A DNA stretch of 60,000 nt. Origin: Felis catus (lineage: Eukaryota). A program made the position numbers and the translations under genes. The notes beneath the pieces are model-generated. The model was not told the DNA's origin and searched no databases. It was given only the letters and a program-made list of their open reading frames with translations. Numbering within the stretch: the first letter of the stretch is position 1; each line of letters starts with the position of its first letter. The stretch covers positions 172,610,001 to 172,670,000 of the forward strand of contig NC_058368.1 of the NCBI RefSeq assembly GCF_018350175.1, written 5' to 3'. Positions 39,286 through 52,222 of this stretch are shown piece by piece.

Positions 39286-40149
39286 AATCCAGAGGGAGAG
39301 AAGCAACAAGGAGGCTAATTATGAGGTTGTTGCCAGAGACAAATGATGAGTCCTGGACTCCAACAGTGGTAAGAAAAATGAAAACAGCCTTACTGCTATG
39401 GCAGGATAATGTTTTTATAATGTGACCCTTTGTTTTTCTTTTTTCTGGTAATTCATCCCCCAGCTCCTTTCAAATAGCTAGTCCATGATGTGATCATTGC
39501 CCCTCGGGAGTGGGATGTGACAGGACAGAAACAAATCTTTCTGGTATGATGTATTGGACATGTTCCAAATAATACAGGAGTTGAGGGTGGGGGTGACAGT
39601 TTTAGATGAATCAAGACTGGCCATGAGTTAATAACTGTGGAAGCTGAATGATGGCTGCAAGGGATTCATTATAGAAATCTGTCTACGTTTTTTTTTAGTT
39701 TTATTTGAAAATTTTCAAGTATTACTGGATTTGGTTTCAAAAAGGACTTAGGGACAAGGAGAGAAATCTCAGACCTAGCTGAAAAGTTTGCGAAATTCAT
39801 GAGTAAGAGGAGGTGGGGAGAATTGGCCCAGGAGAAGAGGCTCTGCCTATAGGATACTTCTGGGCCTGAGGGAGAGAAGAACTCATCTGATTTATGTATT
39901 TGGGAAGAATACAGTGCATGCTCTGCTCAGCTCTGCTTTTCTTCCTCTTAGGATCTGCCACATCCACTGCCCCTTCAGGGACTCTGGGAGGGAGGCCCAC
40001 CCAGTCGAGCACTGCCATGACTGGAGGACAGGAAGGTGTCTGCCTAGCTCAGGGGTTCAGTTGCCCACACCGAGCAAATGCTCCACCTTGGTCTTTGTCA
40101 GCAATTAGGCAATGTCCTGGCCTTCACCCACCTCTCCTTTGCTTCATTT

Positions 40150-40560
40150 TGTAGTATGTTTAGAACCCTAGTCAGGAAGACAGTGCCATCTACTGAGGGT
40201 CCTCCAGAGACCCCAAAACGAGGGCTTCTGAGGTCTGGAGAAAAGGGAGTGCAAAAGAGGAGGATGGAGGGAAGTGATGCGAGTACACAGGGGCTGGAGT
40301 ACAGGGCAGAAAACCCAGGGGCAGAGAGGAATATTGCCCTGGGAAGCAGCAACACCTATCATAGAGATGGCTCCGAGGCACGTGTAGGCAAAAAAGTACC
40401 TAGCTAATCCCACAGGCAAGAGTGGCCTGCAGCTGGAAGACAGCTGGGGTCTCTAGCAGATGAGTGAGTGAGAACAGGCAGGTCTCAGCAGCAACCAGCA
40501 GCACCAATGACATCTCCATGAATGTCTATGTAGACAGATGACATTGAGAACTAGATCCCC

Positions 40561-40603
<43 letters not shown>

Positions 40604-40775
40604 TAGGTAAGGCTCCAGGGCCCCAAAACAACCTCCAGGGAAGGGGTAAAACCCTCAATTAGCTGAGATTAAGTTTCTGCCACTCCAACAGAATGGGAGT
40701 TCAAAATAGAAATTAAGTTGAGTTAAAAGAAAACTTTAATTATATTTCTTGCACAGGTGAATTTATGGACAGATT
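40150..40775 (+). mobile_element. Ancient LTR remnant (LTR78/79-like) containing (CA)n
   Basis: 3' motif GAAATTAAGTTGAGTT...ATATTTCTTGCACA, from recall. Confidence 0.4.
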
Positions 40776-41145
40776 CCTCCTTGCTGGAGTAGATGTTTTG
40801 AAGGCAGAATCAACAAGACTTGGAAGTCAGATGGATGATGGGGTGGTGAGGAGGAGAAAGTCTCTCCTCCACTTAAGAGATTTATTTCCCGAACACCCCA
40901 GGCTAGTTCAGGTTCTTCAATACTGTCTGCAAAGTTCTCCTGCCTCCCCCCAATGGTCTCCTCTCATGGCCCTGTAACATAGGTTCAACTGTTCTTACCC
41001 ACTCAATTAATGATTAGGAACAATAACCAATTGCTCTAATAAAGCAACCTACTTAAAGACTTTTTCTATTTACTACCTAGAAAAAAACATATTAGAATTG
41101 TACCATTCAGACTGTACTAGAGTCACTGTAACAGTGGGGCTTGTA

Positions 41146-41360
41146 GGGGTGCCTGGGTGGCTCAGTCGGTTAAGCAGCCGACTTCAGCTCAGGTCATGAT
41201 CTCGTGGTCCGTGAGTTCAAGCCCCGCGTTGGGCTCTGTGCTGACAGCTCAGAGCCTGGAGCTTGTTTCAGATTCTGTGTCTTCCTCTCTCTGACCCTCC
41301 CCTGTTCATGCTCTGTCTCTCCCTGTCTCAAAAATAAATAAAACGTTAAAAAAAAAAAAC
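41146..41360 (+). mobile_element. Felid CanSINE
   Basis: Perfect TSD CAGTGGGGCTTGTAG. Confidence 0.94.
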
Positions 41361-42266
41361 CAGTGGGGCTTGTAGGGCTTGAGAAAGGTTAGAGCAACAC
41401 ACTTCCCCTTCCAGAGCACCTCATCTAGATGCCCTTTTTCATTCTTCCCTTGTGCCTAGACCCCACCACCCTCATAGAAGGTCCAAATCTCACCCTGGGT
41501 TTCAAGACCTTTCACACTGGACCCTAGCTCTCATCCTCTCCAACCTTATTTCTTCTCCTCTAACCCCCCTCTCCCTCTTGGGGGAAGTGGGGAGAGTCAG
41601 CCTCAGGCCCTCCTGCCCAAAGGTGCAAGCCCATTCTCAAGTTTAGAGGGAGCTGGATTGAAGGAGAGGGAAGGAAAATTGGCTACCTCCATCAAAAAGT
41701 GCTAAGAAAGTCCTTAGTTAGCCTGAGGTACAACTACAGGACTCAAGGGGAGGAAGGGGCCCTGATCCGCTTTCCTCTGGTAGAATCACTTCTTCCCAGA
41801 AGCTGGCCAGGATGAGGGTGGTGTGCTGGGTGAGGCTCAGTAACTGCATTGGGGCTGGATGAAGCTGAAGCTGGCTTCCCATCTGTGGAAGGCCCACTGA
41901 TGCCCAACATCACCTGTGCAGATGGAAACAATGCCAAGGTGGTAATCCACTTTGCACTGCCCTTAGAATTTCCCCTGTCCCCCTCTCCACTCAAGCAATT
42001 AGTTAGTTCTGTACCCACCACATTGGGTGGGAAGGAAAGTAAGTCAAGGTAAAACTGGCAAACTATCCTGGATTTTGTATTCCATGCCCAAGCCCTTACA
42101 GACCTAAGTGATGAAGCCAGTGGTCTTCAAACTTTTGACTGTTTGAAAGCAGTTTGAAAAATTACACACTCTCTTGCATGGGACCTGCAAAATAAATTGT
42201 AACACCCAGCACAAAATGAAAACATAGGTCCCTTACTCAAATCTTATTAAGAATTTCAAGAGGATT

Positions 42267-42481
42267 GGGGTGTCTGGGTGGTTCAGTTGGTTAAGCGTCT
42301 GACTTCAGCCCAGGTCATGATCTCATGGTTCATGGGTTTGAGCCCTGCATCAGGCTCTTGTGCTGACAGCTCAGAGCCTGGAGCCTGCTTCGGATTCTGT
42401 GTCTCCCCCTCTCTCTACTCCTCCCCCACTCATGGCTCTGTCTGTCTCTCAAAAATGAATAATCATTAAAAAGAAAAAAAG
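42267..42481 (+). mobile_element. CanSINE (older)
   Basis: SINE head, body and tail. Confidence 0.9.
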
Positions 42482-42482
42482 A

Positions 42483-42722
42483 GGGGCACCTGGGTGGCGC
42501 AGTCGGTTAAGCGTCCGACTTCAGCCAGGTCACGATCTCGTGGTCCGTGAGTTCGAGCCCCGCGTCAGGCTCTGGGCTGATGGCTCGGAGCCTGGAGCCT
42601 GTTTCCGATTCTGTGTCTCCCTCTCTCTCTGCCCCTCCCCCGTTCATACTCTGTCTCTCTCCGTCCCCAAAATAAATAAACGTTGAAAAAAAAAAAAAAA
42701 AGAAAAGAAAAAAAGAAAAAAA
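42483..42722 (+). mobile_element. Young felid CanSINE inserted in the tail of the preceding SINE
   Basis: CpG-rich near-consensus copy; AAAAGAAAAAAAGA on both sides. Confidence 0.93.
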
Positions 42723-43077
42723 GATGTTCAAGGGAATTAAAGAGTATACTTATCATGATGAGCACTGAGTAATGTACAGAATTGTTGAGTCACTATATTG
42801 TACACTGAAACTAATAACACTGTATGTTAACTATACTGGAATTAAAAATCTTAATTTTTAAAAAATTTTAAGAAGACAAAGGCAAGGCATTAAGCCAAGC
42901 TTCTCAAGCCCTTCTCAAGGTGGTGCCCTGAGTGGCTACACAGGCTGTGCATCTAGGAAGCTAGTCCTGCTTTCATACACTTTTGAGTTAGCATGTAAAA
43001 ATATACATATAAATACATAGTTGCAGAAGATGTAGCTCCAGTATACTGTATACTTGATTTAAAAATATTTTCTTCCA

Positions 43078-43941
43078 AAATGGGCAAAAGACATGAATAG
43101 ATACTTCTCCAAAGAAGACATCCAGGTGGCCAACAGACACATGAAATGATGCTCAACGTCACTCATCATCAAGCAAACACAAATCAAAGCCACACTGAGA
43201 CACCACCTCATGCCAGTCAGAGTGGCTAAAATGAACAAATCAGGACTATAGATGCTGGCGAGGATGTGAGGAAACGGGAACCCTCTTACACTGACGGGGG
43301 AATGCAAACTGGTACAGCCGATGTGGAAGACAGAGTAGATGTTCCTCAACAAATTAAAAATAGACCTACCCTATGACCCAGCAATAGCACTGCTAGGAAT
43401 TTACCCAAGGGATACAAGAGTGCCGATGCATAGGGGCACTTGTACCCCAATGTTTATAGCAGCACTCTCAACAATAGCCAAATTATGGAAAGAGCCTAAA
43501 TGTCCATCAACAGATGAATGGATAAAGAAGATGTGGTTTATATATACAATAGAATGCTACCTGGCAATGAGAAAGAATGAAATATGGCCATTTGCAGCAA
43601 CATGGATGGAACTGGAGGGTATTATGCTAAGTGAAATAAGTCAGTCAGAGAAAGATACCATATGTTTTCACTCATGTGGATCTTGAGAAACTTAACAGAA
43701 GACCATGGGGAAGGGTAAGGGGGAAAAAAAGTTACAGAGAGGGAGGGAGACAAACCATAAGAGACTCTTAAATGCAGAGAACAAACTGAGGGTTGATGGG
43801 GGTTGGGGGAGAGGGGAAACTGCGTGATGGGCATTGAGGAGGGCACTTGTTGGGATGAGCACTGGGTGTTGTATGGAAACCAATTTGACAATAAATTATA
43901 TTAAAAATAAGTAATAACATAACATAATATAATATGACATA
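43078..43941 (+). mobile_element. 5'-truncated felid L1
   Basis: ORF2 C-terminal peptide ([15 protein letters not shown]...), 3'UTR, 17-bp TSD AAAAATATTTTCTTCCA. Confidence 0.95.
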
Positions 43942-43986
43942 AAAAATATTTTCTTCCAGTTCTCAGAGCAGCAAAAAAGTTAATTT

Positions 43987-44197
43987 AAATTTTTTTAACG
44001 TTTATTTAATTTTGAGACAGGGAGAGACAGCATGAATGGAGGAAGGTCAGAGAGAGAGGGAGACACAGAATCTGAAACAGGCTCCAGGCTCTGAGCTGTC
44101 CGCACAGAGCCCGAAGCGGGGCTCGAACTCACGGACTGCGAGATCATGACCTGAGCCGAAGTCGGATGCTTAACTGACTGAGCCACCCAGGCGCCCG
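43987..44197 (-). mobile_element. CanSINE
   Basis: TSD GCAAAAAAGTTAATTTAA. Confidence 0.94.
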
Positions 44198-44469
44198 GCA
44201 AAAAAGTTAATTTAATGTATGAGAAATGTTTGTCCTGACAGCTCATCTCTGTTGAATGGACAAACAAACTATGGTACTTCCACTCAGTGGACTACCACTC
44301 AGCAGTAAGAATGGATGGGCTATGGTTACACACCACAACATAGATGAGTCACAAAGTAATTATGCTGAGGAAGAGAACTCAGGCAAAACAATTCATACTA
44401 TATGAAATGTAAAATATCCATAGAAACAGAAAGCAGATCAGCAGTTGCCTGGGAAGAGGGGATGGATTA

Positions 44470-44795
44470 GAATCAGGTGGAGCCATATGGCTAACATCTC
44501 ACCAAGGGAACGTGAAGTGAAAATGATGTATAGTCATTTCTGGGTATTGCTCATAAAAACATCCCATGCAACCCTCACTCTGTCTTCTTCCCCATCCTCT
44601 AGTTGAATGGAGAGAACCTAGATGAAGGGACAGCCACAAGATAGGAGGAGACTGGATTCCTGAATAAGTGCATGAAGCAAATCCCCTTTGACTGGCATTG
44701 GACTATAACATGAAAAATAACTAAACTATTATGGTGTTAAACCCCTAACATGTTGGGATTGTTGGTCACAGCCAGAGGCCAACCCTAACTAACAC
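44470..44795 (+). mobile_element. Old MaLR LTR fragment (MLT1J/K-like)
   Basis: GCCACAAGATAGGAGGAG...TAAACTATTATGGTGTTAAACC...CTAACTAACACA. Confidence 0.55.
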
Positions 44796-44799
44796 ATAA

Positions 44800-46440
44800 T
44801 CCAACGCAATCTCTACCAGAAGATAGCTAGCCAGTCTTTTCAAAGTAAGGTTCCACCCCAGGGGCTTAGGCTGGTTTCTTGACTGGCAGACTCAGCACTG
44901 ATAGTGGCGAGGCTAGCTGTGGGAGGGAGCAGTCCATGTTGCTGGGCCAATTTTGTCATAAACCCACTGAGAAAATCCCAAAATGGCTAGGAAGGGGGAC
45001 TGCCTGATAGTCACAGAAGGTGTCATACTGCCCACCAGGTAAAAGAGGTTCTTCCATAGTGAGGTCCTTTTGGTGAATGTCTACCTGAGACACAAATCAC
45101 TTAATGCTCTGAAGCCACTCTGGGTAGTTTATGCACATTTGTCTTGCTCAAAACTTACTATCACTAACCTTCAGTCTGTTTCCATTCAAGTTTCTGACCA
45201 ATAGACTAAACCATTATCCAATGCCCAGGAATTGGGCCTGTACTTCAGGGCTTCCGGGCACATTTCCCTTTCCTAGGTCCCTTAGGCTCTCTTGGAGGAA
45301 GTCTGGGTGAAGCCAGCACACTGTGCAGAGCCATCTATAAAATGGGCTTTAGATTTTTCTTCCTCAGTCAACTTATATCGTAAACAATTCCCCATGAGAC
45401 ATGAATATCAGTAACAGGAGAGGAATGTAAACAACTTGCTCAGACAACCTACTGCACTTGTGCCTTTAGGGCTTGCTTGGACCCAGGCCATATATGCCAC
45501 TCCTCTTGGTAATAGAGTACTGCTGGCCACCCCTGACTTTATGCCTGGGTAGATCAGATAACATGGTACCTTAGGTCACCTGGTAACCTGGTATGCCACG
45601 GTCAGACAACCAGTTTCACCAGACTCCTGGAGCAAGTCAGGAGCATCTCAAAAGGAGATGCTACTTGCCAAAGGAGGGCATAACTTTGTTCCAAAATTCA
45701 ATGCCTGAATATAAAGACCAAAGGCAGAACTACTTACTCTTCAGCCTGATCCAGTAAAACCTTCTCTCTTCGTATGGTCCCCCCTAAAGTTGACAGCTTT
45801 CAAGTGACCCCGTAATAAGTAAAAGTAATATACCTAAATACAGTATATTTTGCCACACATGTCTAAAGAAGCCCACCAAGTATAGTACCTCTTTTATTAG
45901 TGATAGGGAGTGTGATGTACAGCAACTTGTCCTTAATTTTATAGGGAATATCTCAACACACCCCAGACCCCTGGATAGTGCACTGAGTGGACAGACCACT
46001 GTATATTTGTGAGATTTATTATCTGCCTTCTAGCACAAACATCATGCTTACCAAGTCATCTAGGGTATCTCCTACCTCCTGTTCTCAAGGCCCATCAGAA
46101 TGATGTCATCAGTGTCACAGTAGATTACCCTGATAGCCAATGGAATGGTGATTTGGTCAAAAATTCCTGTAAAGTAAGTGTGTTCAGAAAGTGACATATT
46201 CCTGAAGCAAAACAGTAAAGGTTTACTGCTGCCCCTGCCAGAGGAACACAAACTATTCCTGAGGTTTGGTATAGAAGAAAAAGCACTTACTAGACCTACA
46301 GTTGTCTATTAGAGGCCAACAACTGCACCCACATGATCCAAGAATGACCACTCTGAAAAAGTGCCTGCAACTGGAGTCCTTACCAGAATAAGTTTGCCAT
46401 AATGCTCTGTAATTCTTCAAGACAATCTATCTTCTCCATC
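44800..46440 (-). mobile_element. ERVL internal (pol/gag) remnant; continues at ~47490-47980
   Basis: Decayed ERVL-like motifs on the minus strand, interrupted by L1 and SINEs. Confidence 0.55.
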
Positions 46441-46533
46441 AATAAGGAAAATGTGGCACATGAAAAATACATGTAAAAAAGTATAAAAAGACATACATAC
46501 ACATATATATGTGTGTGTATATATATATACATA

Positions 46534-46567
<34 letters not shown>

Positions 46568-46625
46568 CGCACACACACATATATATAAAGGAATATTATT
46601 CAACCTTAAAAAAGAAAAACATCCT

Positions 46626-46718
46626 GGGGTGTCTAAGTCAATTAAGCACCCAACTCTTGATTTTGGCTCAGGTCATGATCTCATGGTTCCTGAGTTCCAG
46701 CCCCAGAGCGGGCTCTGT

Positions 46719-46753
<35 letters not shown>

Positions 46754-46775
46754 GTCAATAAATAAACTTTAAAAA
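46626..46775 (+). mobile_element. CanSINE (internally deleted)
   Basis: SINE head, (CT)n, tail. Confidence 0.85.
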
Positions 46776-47196
46776 GAAGGAGGAGGATGAAGAGGAGAAA
46801 ATCCTACCATTTGCAACAACATGGATGAACCTGAAGGACATTTTGCAAAGTGAAATAAGCCAGTCACAAAAAGACAAATATTGCATGATCTCACTTATAT
46901 GTGGAGTATTAAAAAAAAAAAAAAAAAAAAAAAAAAGCTGAACTCATAACAGAAAGTAGGATAGTGGTTACCAGAGGCTGGGGTGTGGAGAAAAAGGGAT
47001 TTTTTTTTTTTAAGGTGGAATGGTGGTTTCCAGGGGCTGCTGTGGGAGGGGAGAATAAGGAGTAATTATTTAACAAGTATGGAGTTTCACTTTTGCAAGA
47101 TGAAAAGAGTTCTGGAGATGGATGGTGGTAATGGTTGCATACAATATGAATGTACTTAATACCACTGAACTATATGCTTAAAAATGGCTAAGATTA

Positions 47197-47402
47197 GGGG
47201 GTGTCTGGGTGGCTCAGTTGGTTAAGTGTCCAACTTCAGTTCAGGTCATGATCTCACCATCAGTGAGTTCGAGCCCTGTGTCTGGCACTGTGCTGACAGC
47301 TCAGAGCCTGTGGCATGCCTCAGATTCTATGTCTCCCTCTCTCTGCCCCTCCCCTGCTCACTCTCTCTCTCTCTCTCTCAAAAATAAAACACTTTAAAAA
47401 AA
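47197..47402 (+). mobile_element. CanSINE
   Basis: TSD AATGGCTAAGAT. Confidence 0.92.
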
Positions 47403-47612
47403 TTTTTAATGGCTAAGATCATTAAGTTTTATGTTGGGCATATTTTGCCACAATAAAAATAAATAAATGGGGGAGAAAAAGAGTATCTAGCTTCTATTCT
47501 GTCCAAACTAAGAGGTCATGTTGATGCAGTGGGAATCACCCTGAAATCCTTCAAATCTTTGATGATGGCACTAATCCCCATAATGAGATGAAGTCTTTTT
47601 CTTTTTTCTTTT

Positions 47613-47785
47613 TCATTTTTTTGGGGCAGAGAGTGAAGAAGGGCAGAAGGAGAGAAAAAGAGAATCCCAAGCAGGCTCCACGTCCAGCGCAGAGCATGAG
47701 GCAGGGGCTTGATCCAGACCCTGGGACTGTGACCTGAGCAGAAATCAAGAGTCAGACGCTCAAATGACTGAGCCACCTGGCCACC
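47613..47785 (-). mobile_element. CanSINE (older subfamily)
   Basis: Reverse SINE; TSD AGATGAAGT. Confidence 0.85.
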
Positions 47786-48559
47786 TAAGATGAAGTATTT
47801 TTCGTTTAGGTTCCTGGCACTTAAGGAAAGCTCCAAGGCCATGTAGCACTGCTTCTCAAAATAGCCCTTGCTCCCATTTAATTAGGCTAATGTCATTATT
47901 CCGTCTTCTTAGTGATACCAAGAGCAACTCTACATATAACCACTACATAGTTGCAAGGTACCACTGGCCCTGGCATGAGAAAGATTGCACTCAAAACTTT
48001 TTCTAAAAATGTGCACCATGTGCATATCTCATATATTCAAAAAAGTAGGGAAAACTCATTTTAACAATTAAATACATAATTATTACATTTTTAAATGCTC
48101 CTTTGTGTACCACTCAAAATCCTCTCCTGCACACAACTTTTGGGAAAACACTGACCTAGTATGTGCCCCAGTCATTTTCATCTCATCACACTGGTTGTAA
48201 CTGTGTATTTAACTATCCACTTTCCCCACCAGACTGGGGACAGGAGTGGGGTCTGAGCTCTGCTATCCCAAGCAACGAACGCTGGACTCCTAGTTGACCA
48301 TACGTTGCAAACAAAAGACCCAGACCATTCCCTCGTCCCTTTCACCTCAAACTATCCACGGGCCCATGAATTCCGGCTGGCTGATGTTGAGCAGCCACTT
48401 CGCCTTTTTTGGCCTCGATTTTTCTCCGCTGCAAAATGGGAACGACCATACCTGCCTCCTCGTGTGAGGAGCGACTCTGCAAGGAGTCAGATGGTGGGTG
48501 TGAAAGTACTCTAGAAAATAATTAATTCACTCATCCATTTAGCAGGCAGTTATTACAGG

Positions 48560-49280
<721 letters not shown>

Positions 49281-49996
49281 GGGCTGGAGCAGGGGCTAGA
49301 CTTTGTGGTCCCATACCCACCCACACTGGGACTGGGCTCTGATCCTGAGGCCACAGCCCAGCTCTCTGCCCTTCTCCCCCTGGGCCCACCTGCTCCACCA
49401 CCTACCCACAGAGCAGCCTGGGGCGCTGTGGCCTTGGAAGGCTACAGCCTCTTCCCTCTCCCCCCACCCTGGGAACGGCCCCACCCTTTCCCTTCACTGC
49501 CTGCAGCCACTGCCCCCTCAGCAGCTGTGTGCCCCCAGCGTATGTCTCCTGTGGCCTCCCTCCTCTCCCTGCCCAACATAGCAGTTGGAGCAGACTGTCA
49601 GGCAGCCCCGAAGACTATTTAGTGGGGCTCCTGCACTGAAGTGAAAACCTAGCAAAGCCTTCCCTTTCTTCCCTCTATACCCCTGACCCACAAGGTGGCC
49701 CATCTCAACCCTCAGATCCCTGGGTTTGGTGAATCCTGCTGAGAGTGAGCAGTAGTAGCAGGATTCCGCAAAGCCTCCAGCTTGCCACCTGGAAGAAGGT
49801 CACTTTCTTTTGAGCAAAGGAGATAATGGGAGGTACCCTGCCAGTGTTCACTGAGAGCCCGGGGTGACATGAGCCTCAGTTGCTCCGGGAGGGTTGTGGC
49901 ACATGGGGCTGGGTGGCTCGCCCTAAGCTTGCTCTGACAAAAGAGTTTTGAGTTGGTCTTTTGGCTGAGCCTGCCAAGGAAGGCAGGCTCCTGCAG

Positions 49997-50161
49997 GAGT
50001 CTTGGAGGGTCGGATGCAGCGCCGGATGAGGATGAGGCGTGGCGGAAGATGCGTTTGGCTCTGCAGACACTGCATCGGGCAGCAGGGGACTCTGGGAGGC
50101 TGGTGCAGCCAGAAGGCATGGCTCTTGACAGCCTTCTAGTAGAATCTCTGGAATTGTGCAT
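49997..50161 (+). other. Candidate alternative exon in FAM193B intron 1
   Basis: CTGCAG acceptor, 165 nt, CAT|GTGAGT donor, retained CpGs, open frame SLGGSDAAPDEDEAWRKMRLALQTLHRAAGDSGRLVQPEGMALDSLLVESLELC. Confidence 0.55.
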
Positions 50162-51992
50162 GTGAGTGGGGATGTCATTTGGGGTACCATTGCCAGAAAG
50201 CCTTCCCTAACTTTCCCAGTTGCGTGAGGTGCCCCCTTTGTGCCCACAGCCCCCTGTGCTTCCCTTTGGTAGCACTCCCCATTCTTCAGTGAGACATTCT
50301 GTTGATGTATCTGTTCCCTGCACTGCACTGTGAACTCCGCAGGGGCACAGACTATGTCATCTATCTCTGATTCTCCATGCCTAGCCCTGGGCCTTGCTGA
50401 CACTGAGTAGAAATAACTAGGTGAATGGGAGAGAGAATGAATCCGTTGAGAACCTGTGCTTATTGTAACCTAGTTTTGATGCTGGTCTCCTTTGTGTTTC
50501 AGATCACAGTAAGATTTTTAATTAATGAAAATGTCACCACTTATTGAGTGTCAGAAGCCCCACCTTCACCCCCACCCCCTCCCCTGGGCTGAGACTGGTT
50601 CCAAAGGATGCAACTCCCCAGGTTGGACCCCACCCTTGCCTGGTCTGACTTTAGACCCTGAACCTGCTTCCCCCCTCTAGCTTTCCTCTTTTGCTTCTCT
50701 GGGCCACCCTGGGAGTCCAACAAAAGGAGAGAGTTGGGATAGGGAGAGCCAGGGGAGCTGTTGTTTTCTCTCCTTCCCATTCAGACCAGCAATATTTTAG
50801 GGTCCCCTGCCACTCAGGTTATAGTATTCATGGCCAAAATTTTGGATAATGGCTTAATCATTTAATTTTTATTTAGGGCGCAGCTTTCCTAAGAGCTATA
50901 ATCATCATTATCTACTCCACTGCCTGACCTGCAAATTCATTAATTTATTCATGCCAGACACTTTATATACCATACTTCTAATCTTCCCACCACTCCTGTT
51001 CTTTCCTCAGCATTTAATACAAATGTGATGAGTTAACTATTGGTTTAATTATTAGTCTACTTTTGCTACATAAACTCTGAGAGTGCAGGAACCACGTCAG
51101 TTACCATTGTACCCCTATGCCTGGTGATTAACAAATATTAATGAACTGAAGGATATAAATACGATTACACTGTTTTTCAGATGAAGAAACAAATGCTCAT
51201 ATGACATATGCCCAAATAACTCCCACTATAGGTCACAGGTGCCTCCTGGCCCCCCAAAAAGGACACTCTTGTGTACTATGTGGGATTTACAAGGCATTTT
51301 TTTTTTATTATAGCCACAAAGAGGTAAAACAAACTGACAAACTCTTTTCTGATTATACCCCACTTTTTTGCTGGGGAGGGGGTTTCTGAATGCCAGAAGC
51401 AGACTTTTGTGCCCTGGTGAGAAGCACCTGCTGAAAGGGTTGGAGTCATTGTTCTGCCCCCTAGTGTGCCTGTGGTGAGGATCTCTGTCTCCCACTGCCA
51501 CTTAAAACTCTGTGTACACAGAGTGGGTCAGCAAGGTGAAACTCACTGTCGCATGCCAAAGACAGCGAATAGGACCACTTCCAATCCACAGATAGGTTCT
51601 GATGTCCCAGGTCACATATTGCTTTGGTTTTGTTTTAAGCCAATTTCTTAAAAGCCAAAAGATTCCTACAAACTGGATTTGTGCCATGTCTTAAAACTCT
51701 AAAAATCTGGTGCCACTGAGCCCAATTTCTGCAAGGCAGTAATATGAAGTTTTGAGTAGTGTCTGCCCCTGATATGAAGGACACCCTGATCTGTGCCAGG
51801 CCCTGGGCTAGTTGGGAATGCAGAAGTGAATCAGACATGGTCCCTGCCCACAAAGGGCTCGTGGTTCAGAGAACATGTATATAGTAATCACAGGTAGGCT
51901 GGAAGAGCTATGATTACTCTGAATTCGGGTTCAAAGGCCACTCTGGTTCCATCCAGACCCTTTCGCTCACTTTGGTTACTTGTACACATTTA

Positions 51993-52222
51993 ATTTTTTT
52001 TTTTTAAGTTTATCTACTTATTTTTGAGAGAGAAAGAGAGGGAGAGCATGCGCATGCACAAGCTAGGGAAGGGCAGAGAGAGAGAGGGAGACAGAATCTG
52101 AAGCAGCCTCCAGGCTCTGAGTGTCAGCACAGAGCCTAACACAGGGCTCGAACCCACGAATGGTGAGATCATGACCTGAGCCTAAGTTCGATGCTCAACC
52201 GACTGAGCCATCCAGGCACCCT
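51993..52222 (-). mobile_element. CanSINE
   Basis: TSD TTACTTGT(A/G)CACATTTAA. Confidence 0.92.

Larger units (their letters stand above)
46440..47470 (+). mobile_element. L1 3' fragments with (TA)n and two SINE insertions
   Basis: CCATTTGCAACAACATGGATGAACCTG...GTGAAATAAGCCAG; GTTCTGGAGATGGATGGTGG. Confidence 0.8.

Noticed and set aside
41849..42052. Exon-like ORF (PSVEGPLMPNITCADGNNAK)
   Set aside because: No recognisable homology and weak splice signals
47197..47785. Closely spaced inverted SINE pair
   Set aside because: Different, diverged subfamilies; common at this SINE density and upstream of the likely TSS
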